Below the pieces are notes generated by a model. The model did not search any database, was not told where the DNA came from, and saw only the letters and a program-made list of their open reading frames with translations. Positions 57,850-64,000 of a stretch of DNA of 64,000 nucleotides are shown here, piece by piece. The position numbers and the translations under genes were made by a program. This DNA comes from Promethearchaeati archaeon SRVP18_Atabeyarchaeia-1 (lineage in GTDB: Archaea; Asgardarchaeota; Atabeyarchaeia; Atabeyarchaeales; Atabeyarchaeaceae), in assembly GCA_037308085.1 (NCBI GenBank), contig CP147779.1:1184001-1248000 (forward strand), written 5' to 3'. The stretch's first letter is position 1. Each line of letters begins with the position of its first letter.

Positions 57850-59466
57850 ACGACTCGTCATTCATTTCTCATCAATGTTTAGCCAAGACTAGACTATATG
57901 TTTATCGCGATAGTTTCAGAGTGCGTGGAAAGTTGACTTAAATGGTTCTGAGCCTGAAGTCACTGGTTTTCTGCAGTATGTGAGACTGCACATGCATCAC
58001 GAGACCCTCATGGATTCCGTCTGATCTTGGTCTACTTACGGCACCCCAATGGCAAGCGGGAAGCTTAGCGAGGAATACGGCATAGACAAGAGAACTCTTC
58101 GCCGCGGGCTAGTAAAACTGATTGGCGAGAGAGAATACAAAGGGATCATGGATCGAAATGTGAAACAGAGGAAGAAACAGGTTCCGCTAGAGTGGGCACT
58201 CAGAAGACTAAGGAACGCGGAGTTGTTAACTAAACTCAGTAACGAATATGGAGTAAGCAGGAAGACTCTGCGATCCGCCTTCCGGTTGCTGATCGGTGAA
58301 GGAGAATACAGCGCGATAATAGACAGAAAGGCTAGGAAGCAGGTTCCAATCAAAAAGGTGTTAAGGCGATTCAAGAGCGGAGAGACATTGAAGAGTCTTT
58401 GTATGGAATATCATGTCACGTGGGAAACCCTGAGGAACATTCTCACGAAGGCAATTGGTGAAGAAGAGTACCGGAAATTAGTTCCAATGCACAGGGGAGG
58501 AAGAGCGCGGAGACAACTTCCAGTTCAGGAAGTTTTGACGAGAGTCAAAGCCGGTCAGTCACTAGGAAGACTTGCCAAAGCTTACAATGTAAGCTGGCTG
58601 ACTTTGAAGCGTAGGCTGGTAGAACTAGTTGGCAAAGACGGATATAAGTCGGCTAGAAAACGAACAACGCGAATCCGAGTGAAACCTCGAAGGGCCACAG
58701 TGGGATACGGCTCTCCTCTTGCAAAGGAAAATGGGGCTGACAGCCTTATTGAACTCAAGGTCAGAATGCTCCTACAGAATAACAGGGTTTCCTTCGGATA
58801 TCGGGAAAGCCTAGTTGTCAGGGGACACTGCTATGAACCAGACTTCATGTTCGGTGATAGGACCATCGTTGAGGTCATGGGAGTCACGAATACTGAGTAT
58901 TGGACGCGGTGCCACAAGAAACTGTAAGATTACGTCGGAAGTGCCTATAGAGTCATTGCAGTGATACCAGACTACTTAATCGACATAAGAAGCAAGTATA
59001 TTCCAAAAGGAGTCAGCATGATCAGGTACAACGACTTCACGAATAACATCGAAAGATACATAAAACAATTAGTGAACAAAACTAATATCGACAACTCAGC
59101 CATTCACTGATGAACTGCCACTCACGCGTGGTGATTTCAAGCATCATCGACAGTATTGCTGCAGGGGCTGGAAAAGATCCCATATTCTTCTTCCGTTAGA
59201 TCTCGACCCAGCTTGTCAAACCCTTTCCGACGTCGGATTTTGATTGGGGGAATCATACTGATGGGAGATTAGTCGGAGTTCCAGATGGGGCCCATAATAT
59301 ACCCCCTTGCCGAAGTAGAGCCTTGGTACTACCCTGCCTGTTTCAAGGAAATCGGTTGGAGGTTTCTCGCATGTTTCCAGTCTGGCGACCACTACTGCCC
59401 GCCGACAACAACATTTCGGATTCTTGTGCTACTCCCTCCATTACCCACGGGCAAATTGCTCTGTTC
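57850..59466. mobile_element. Endonuclease cassette at the tldD 3' end, carrying a replacement C-terminus (boundaries approximate)
   Basis: Splits the tldD-pmbA operon; tldD 3' end present on both sides. Confidence 0.7.
58049..59110 (+). pseudogene. Tandem-HTH-repeat + PD-(D/E)xK (Vsr/DUF559-like) endonuclease with an in-frame TAA
   Basis: Four ~54-aa repeats (L..EYGVS..TL...L..LIGE.EY), then S.IE...YEPDF...IVEV.G...YW; TAA at 58925-58927, frame stays open 60 more codons to TGA at 59110. Confidence 0.78.
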
Positions 59467-60822
59467 ATTCTTACCACAGAATCCTATGCCAGCCACCGAG
59501 AAGTCTTTTCCGACTGCATCGATATTCTGAAGTGTCTCCAGAGTTAGTCCGCTCAATGAGACGTCGAGGAGCGGTTTCGTGACTTGACCCTTTTCGATCA
59601 AGAAGGCTTCCTGGGCTGAGAACTGGAACGATCCTATCGCGATGTTAACTTGGCCTCCTCTGGTTCCTTTCACATAAATGCCGTTTCTGATATCCTCAAT
59701 TAGTTCATCAAATGAGTAGTCTCCAGGGGCGATGTACGTGTTGGACATGCGAGGGATCGGACGGAAGTGGTATCCTTGGGCTCTGGCTCCCCCGTTTGGT
59801 GCGAGATTTAGCTTAGCCGCGGCTTCCCTGTTCAAGATGTATTCTCGAAGTACGCCTTTCTCGATTATCGTTCTTTTCTTCGCTAGTGTTCCCTCAGAAT
59901 CATATTTGAAAGACCCGAAGCCATCAGGGACGCTTGGATCATCGTAGACTGTCGCCACTTCTGAACCGACCTTCTGTCCAAGCTTCCCAGTCAGTACACT
60001 CTCCCCAGAGATTACAAAGTCAGCTTCAGCGGCATGTCCAAGCGCTTCATGGACGAAGACGCCTATGTGCTCGGGATCTGCAACCACGGTAAATCGGCCA
60101 CCTGTTGCTTGCTCAGCTTTCAACAAAGCCGAAGCTTTGTTGGCAGTCTCCTTAGCGGTCGAGTCAAGGTCCTTCTCAAGAAACTTCTCAAATCCTCCCA
60201 TAGCACCGATCCTCTTCCGGTACTGACGGATCTTGTCCCCCTCCTTAGCGACTGGAACGAAGACGAGTGATCCCCTTGAAGGCTCACCTGTGATCTTCGA
60301 GCCTTCGCTATTGAGAAAAATGGTTTTCCCATAAGAATCGCCGTAGGTGACGGAGGCGCTAGCTATACTTGGGTTCTCTCGGATCACACGTGAGAGCTTC
60401 AGCGCTAGACCAAGCTTCTCATCGATCGGGACATTGGCGAAAGGCGTCTTCGCCTTGGCAATAAGTGAGTCCTCAATCTTCCTCAATCGGGCTATCTTGA
60501 CCTTCTCCTTGAGGTGCTCACTCGTCGCCTTAGCCATCTTGAAAGCGGCTTCGACGCCCCCCATGATCTCTTCGCGCGATATATCAGATGATGCAGCAAA
60601 ACCCCAGGCGCCATTAGCGAGCACTCGAATTCCGATTCCCTCACTGTAACTTGAAGTTGCCTGGTCAATCGTTTTGTCCCCCACGACTATCGATGTCGCG
60701 CTCATCATCTCGATCCTCATATCTGTGTACTCGGATCCAAGCTTGTCGGAATAATCAAGAGCCTTCTCAGAGATATCAAGAACATCCAATACCTGTAGAA
60801 CCTCCGAAAACAAGTCACTCAA
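59392..60822 (-). CDS. tldD: TldD family metalloprotease
   Basis: GIGIRVL, HEALGH, YDSEG, PRMSNT, GGQV, CGK. Confidence 0.95.
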   Translation of the reverse strand: MSDLFSEVLQVLDVLDISEKALDYSDKLGSEYTDMRIEMMSATSIVVGDKTIDQATSSYSEGIGIRVLANGAWGFAASSDISREEIMGGVEAAFKMAKATSEHLKEKVKIARLRKIEDSLIAKAKTPFANVPIDEKLGLALKLSRVIRENPSIASASVTYGDSYGKTIFLNSEGSKITGEPSRGSLVFVPVAKEGDKIRQYRKRIGAMGGFEKFLEKDLDSTAKETANKASALLKAEQATGGRFTVVADPEHIGVFVHEALGHAAEADFVISGESVLTGKLGQKVGSEVATVYDDPSVPDGFGSFKYDSEGTLAKKRTIIEKGVLREYILNREAAAKLNLAPNGGARAQGYHFRPIPRMSNTYIAPGDYSFDELIEDIRNGIYVKGTRGGQVNIAIGSFQFSAQEAFLIEKGQVTKPLLDVSLSGLTLETLQNIDAVGKDFSVAGIGFCGKNEQSNLPVGNGGSSTRIRNVVVGGQ

Positions 60823-61073
60823 CGTAGGCTGATTTAGACCAGAATACTATAAAACACTTTTCCGAAAAACCAGTGAGAGCGTCTAGCCCCCTGCGAACTT
60901 TGCTGGGCATCTCAGAGTACGTTCATCGACTTTGAAAGCAAGGCCAGAGTCCCAAGAATCATGTCACCCTGGTCTCCTTATTCCCGTCCTCTCTCGGTAG
61001 ACGTCACGGGGACGGTTAGCTAAGAAGTTATATAATCTCACCCGGGTTGTTCTACCTCTGGTGAGTGCGCCCC

Positions 61074-61622
61074 ATGAAGATTGTAGCAGTAGGAACAAAG
61101 AATCCCGTGAAAACCTCTGCCGTAGCACACATACTTGGTAGGCTGTTCAAAGAAGAATTTAAAGTCGTTCGAGTCGACGTCGCTTCCGGCATACCAAAGC
61201 AGCCAATAGGGCTGAGCCAGACCGTTAAAGGCGCCCTGAACAGAGCTAGACAAGCAATATCGGCTACACGTGACGCGGAGTTCGGAATCGGAATAGAGGC
61301 AGGTCTAGTCAAGATGCCAAACACGATGACAGGTTACTTCGACATACAATTCGCCGCCATAATCGATTCGAGAGGCAAGGTAACAATCGGGTGTGGATCT
61401 GGATTCGAATATCCGCCGGTAGTCGTGAGAGAGGTTCTCGGGAAGGGTAAGGAGGTAGGCGATGTCATGGAGGCGCTGACGGGTATAGACAACATAGGGG
61501 AAAGGACTGGGGCAATAGGCTACCTTTCGCATGGCGAACTTGACAGATGCTCCTTGACTGAGCAGGCGGTACTGATGGCTTTCATCCCAAGGATCAACGA
61601 GAAACTGTATGGCGCGGGGTAA
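61074..61622 (+). CDS. yjjX: Inosine/xanthosine triphosphatase (YjjX/DUF84)
   Basis: VGTKNPVK, SG...QP, GALNRA, GIEAG, GAIG.LS. Confidence 0.92.
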   Translation: MKIVAVGTKNPVKTSAVAHILGRLFKEEFKVVRVDVASGIPKQPIGLSQTVKGALNRARQAISATRDAEFGIGIEAGLVKMPNTMTGYFDIQFAAIIDSRGKVTIGCGSGFEYPPVVVREVLGKGKEVGDVMEALTGIDNIGERTGAIGYLSHGELDRCSLTEQAVLMAFIPRINEKLYGAG

Positions 61623-61821
61623 CATGATCTGCTTGGTTCAAGCTACGGCTAGAACGGCAAACTCTGCAATGTCATCCCTTTTTAGCCCTCGCTCCATGCG
61701 GAAGCTATATACATAATTCTACATTCTTCTGCACACATCTACTTATCCGCAGACCGTTACCATGGCGGTCATTCCTTGCAGTAGAAGAGCAACTCGATCT
61801 CACGATGAGGAGATTCTATAA

Positions 61822-63795
61822 TTGAAGTTCCCAATTAGGGCGCCACTCTATTGGTGCCACAACTGCAATGTCCCGATAGTCGATGCTGGGATCTGCTCGG
61901 CATGTGACGAACGAGGAGAGGAACTGCGTCTGTACCCGCCAGCAGACGTCAGACCAGCGTTCAGGAATGACCTGGAATTCATTCGGAGTGTAGTCAGATC
62001 ACAATATGGGAAAGCAGCTGAGAAGGTTATTCCTCTCAACAAGATAGTTCTTCTGAATAAAACGCCAGCCATAGATCATCTTGACGACATTATTGTGGAT
62101 GGTCACTCCATCGGCTCCATCGGATTTGACCCGTTCAGAATGAAGTGGCTCTTTAGACCCAGAGCCGAGGGCGCAAAGAGAATAGGTGACAGCGCAGACA
62201 AGAGATTCGTGAAGGTGAATTCAGGCGCTAGGCGATATGTGCGCAGAGAGCGAGACATTTTTTCATCAAACATTGCGGAAGTCGGACCAGAAGTCTCGAA
62301 GGGAGACTACGTGCTGATCTACTCAAACACAGGTGACATCATCGGTGTAGGCAAAGTCATGAAGGATATGAGAGAAGGAGAGTCAGCAGTAGCAGTCAGA
62401 GTATCATCTCACGTTGCAGGCTCCTCAGGTGTTGAAGCAGGTCACGAGCAAGTCTCCTCTTCACCGCACGAGGGCGGGCAGGATTGGCAGCAAGTGATAA
62501 GCTGCAACGAGGAAACCCTAAATAGAAGAGAGCAGAAAGCTAAGCGATTCATTGTACGTGCTGCAGCGAGGAAGAGCGATCTGCCTAAAGCGATATCTTT
62601 CTCAGGTGGAAAGGACTCGCTGTCAATGCTTCTATTGTCAGGTGACATAGTCAATGGTCCAGTCGTCTTCATAGACACTGGATTGGAGCTTCCTGAGACA
62701 ATAGAGCACACTCATGAAATAGTACCAAAACTTGGTTTTGAGCTGGTTGAGGAAAAGGCTGGCGACATCTTCTGGGAAAGTCTTGATGTCTTCGGTCCCC
62801 CTTCAAGAGACTACAGATGGTGCTGCAAAACCTCCAAGCTCTCCCCAATAGTCAAGCTTACGAAGGAAAGGTTCCCGAGAGGTTGCCTGATGTTTGTCGG
62901 CCAAAGGCGATACGAGAGCCTAACGAGGGCTAGGAGACCAGATATCTGGATCAATCCGTGGATACCTGTGAACGTTGAGGCTTCGCCCATAAACGATTGG
63001 ACAGCGCTTCATGTCTGGCTCTACTTGATGAGAAAGAAGGTCACCCCAAACCCGCTTTACTTTGAAGGAATGGATAGAATTGGCTGCTGGCTGTGCCCAG
63101 CCTGCGAGATGGCTGAATTCAAGATTGTTGAGAACAAACACCCTGACCTCTGGGGCAGATGGAACTCCTTCCTCCGCAACTGGTCAAAAAAGATCGGATA
63201 CGACGAAAGGTGGGTGACCCACGGTCTGTGGAGATGGAGGAAGTATCCAGGAAACATGAGAGACTTCATCACAACTCAGAACATAGACGTCACTCCAAAG
63301 AGAGCTGCCAACAAGGAGGAACCGCTGACGCTGACACTCGTGGGTGGCATGAGACCATGCGGCAGAGGAGGAATAAGCGTCGAAGGAGCATTCAACCGCC
63401 CGCCCCAGATCGAGAGTGTAGCTAACATACTTAACAGCGTAGGGATTGTCAAGGAGACCAAGGGAGCCATCAGAGTATGGAGCAAGGAAACCGAGATCTA
63501 TCTCTTCAACGACGGACGGGCAGTAATAAACTCCTCCAACGAGCTGGTCGCAAGAAATCACGCGATGAAGCTTGCCATGGCAATAACGCGTGTAGAACGA
63601 TGTATCAAGTGCGGCTCATGTGCTTCAATCTGCCCGACAGGCTCGATGGTGATCGATGCTGAGGGACCCTCCATAGACGAAGAGAAGTGTTCCCACTGTG
63701 GACTCTGCAATAAGGTATGCCCAGTTGCATACTTCGGAACGAAAGGGGGTGCGCGTTCAGGCATCTTCGGTGCGAAACTGCCTGCTGCAGTATAG
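61822..63795 (+). CDS. PAPS-reductase-family protein with zinc ribbon, PUA and 4Fe-4S domains
   Basis: WC..CNVP, SFSGGKDS, RWCC, GQR..ES..R, RIGCWLCP, two CxxCxxCxxxCP motifs. Confidence 0.9.
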   Translation: MKFPIRAPLYWCHNCNVPIVDAGICSACDERGEELRLYPPADVRPAFRNDLEFIRSVVRSQYGKAAEKVIPLNKIVLLNKTPAIDHLDDIIVDGHSIGSIGFDPFRMKWLFRPRAEGAKRIGDSADKRFVKVNSGARRYVRRERDIFSSNIAEVGPEVSKGDYVLIYSNTGDIIGVGKVMKDMREGESAVAVRVSSHVAGSSGVEAGHEQVSSSPHEGGQDWQQVISCNEETLNRREQKAKRFIVRAAARKSDLPKAISFSGGKDSLSMLLLSGDIVNGPVVFIDTGLELPETIEHTHEIVPKLGFELVEEKAGDIFWESLDVFGPPSRDYRWCCKTSKLSPIVKLTKERFPRGCLMFVGQRRYESLTRARRPDIWINPWIPVNVEASPINDWTALHVWLYLMRKKVTPNPLYFEGMDRIGCWLCPACEMAEFKIVENKHPDLWGRWNSFLRNWSKKIGYDERWVTHGLWRWRKYPGNMRDFITTQNIDVTPKRAANKEEPLTLTLVGGMRPCGRGGISVEGAFNRPPQIESVANILNSVGIVKETKGAIRVWSKETEIYLFNDGRAVINSSNELVARNHAMKLAMAITRVERCIKCGSCASICPTGSMVIDAEGPSIDEEKCSHCGLCNKVCPVAYFGTKGGARSGIFGAKLPAAV

Positions 63796-63836
63796 GTAAT
63801 CGGGAGTAGTGAGAAGAATTTCTGCAAACCCATACC

Positions 63837-63998
63837 TTAAGGTCTCCAGCCTTCGAGTAGCGCCACCATGATCGAGGAGCATGTTAAATCAGCGGTCGTC
63901 CCGGGGTTAAGCTTCCCATCTTCCTTTGATAGATCATCGTCTAGACTCTGTATCATTTTCTTTCCCCTATTAGATGTGAGACCCCCTGCCTCAATTAT
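63837..63998 (-). CDS. citG: 3' end of a triphosphoribosyl-dephospho-CoA synthase (CitG family) gene, partial
   Basis: Translation ...SLDDDLSKEDGKLNPGTTADLTCSS...WRP* contains the NPGTTADL motif. Confidence 0.8.
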   Translation of the reverse strand: MIEAGGLTSNRGKKMIQSLDDDLSKEDGKLNPGTTADLTCSSIMVALLEGWRP

Positions 63999-64000
63999 CT

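Noticed and set aside
59137-59256. 39-aa - strand ORF (MIPPIKIRRRKGFDKLGRDLTEEEYG...) inside the insert
   Set aside because: No SD or recognisable family; cannot be supported.
1-64000. tRNA, rRNA, CRISPR arrays, IS transposases, and the many antisense ORFs in the track
   Set aside because: No diagnostic motifs seen by eye; the antisense ORFs shadow well-supported genes.

Overview
Gene-dense archaeal chromosomal window, probably from an Asgard archaeon (inferred from a longin-like protein, a roadblock/LC7 protein, a small CxxC protein, and archaeal TATA/GGTGA signals). Most genes are metabolic or housekeeping: corrinoid protein, FdhD, hydrolases, GH36 alpha-galactosidase with galactokinase, two P-type ATPases, three TldD/PmbA pairs, an HdrC-GltD + HdrA-MvhD + 2-oxoacid:ferredoxin oxidoreductase operon, a second OFOR, UDG, QueT, RNase Z-like, ATP-grasp, YjjX and a PAPS-reductase-family gene. 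I recognised no tRNA, rRNA or CRISPR array. The main finding is two unrelated free-standing endonuclease cassettes, LAGLIDADG+3xHTH (47.5-49.5 kb) and 4xHTH+PD-(D/E)xK (57.8-59.5 kb). Each sits at the terminus of a host gene (ferredoxin 5' end; tldD 3' end). In each case the gene terminus is present twice, as synonymously recoded copies on either side of the cassette. This suggests an intron-less 'gene-end replacement' homing system. Further candidates are two structured ncRNAs, a preQ1-II-like pseudoknot leader on queT, a membrane protein with tandem HeH/SAP-like domains, and several likely pseudoenzymes. All family assignments come from reading motifs by eye; no searches were run.
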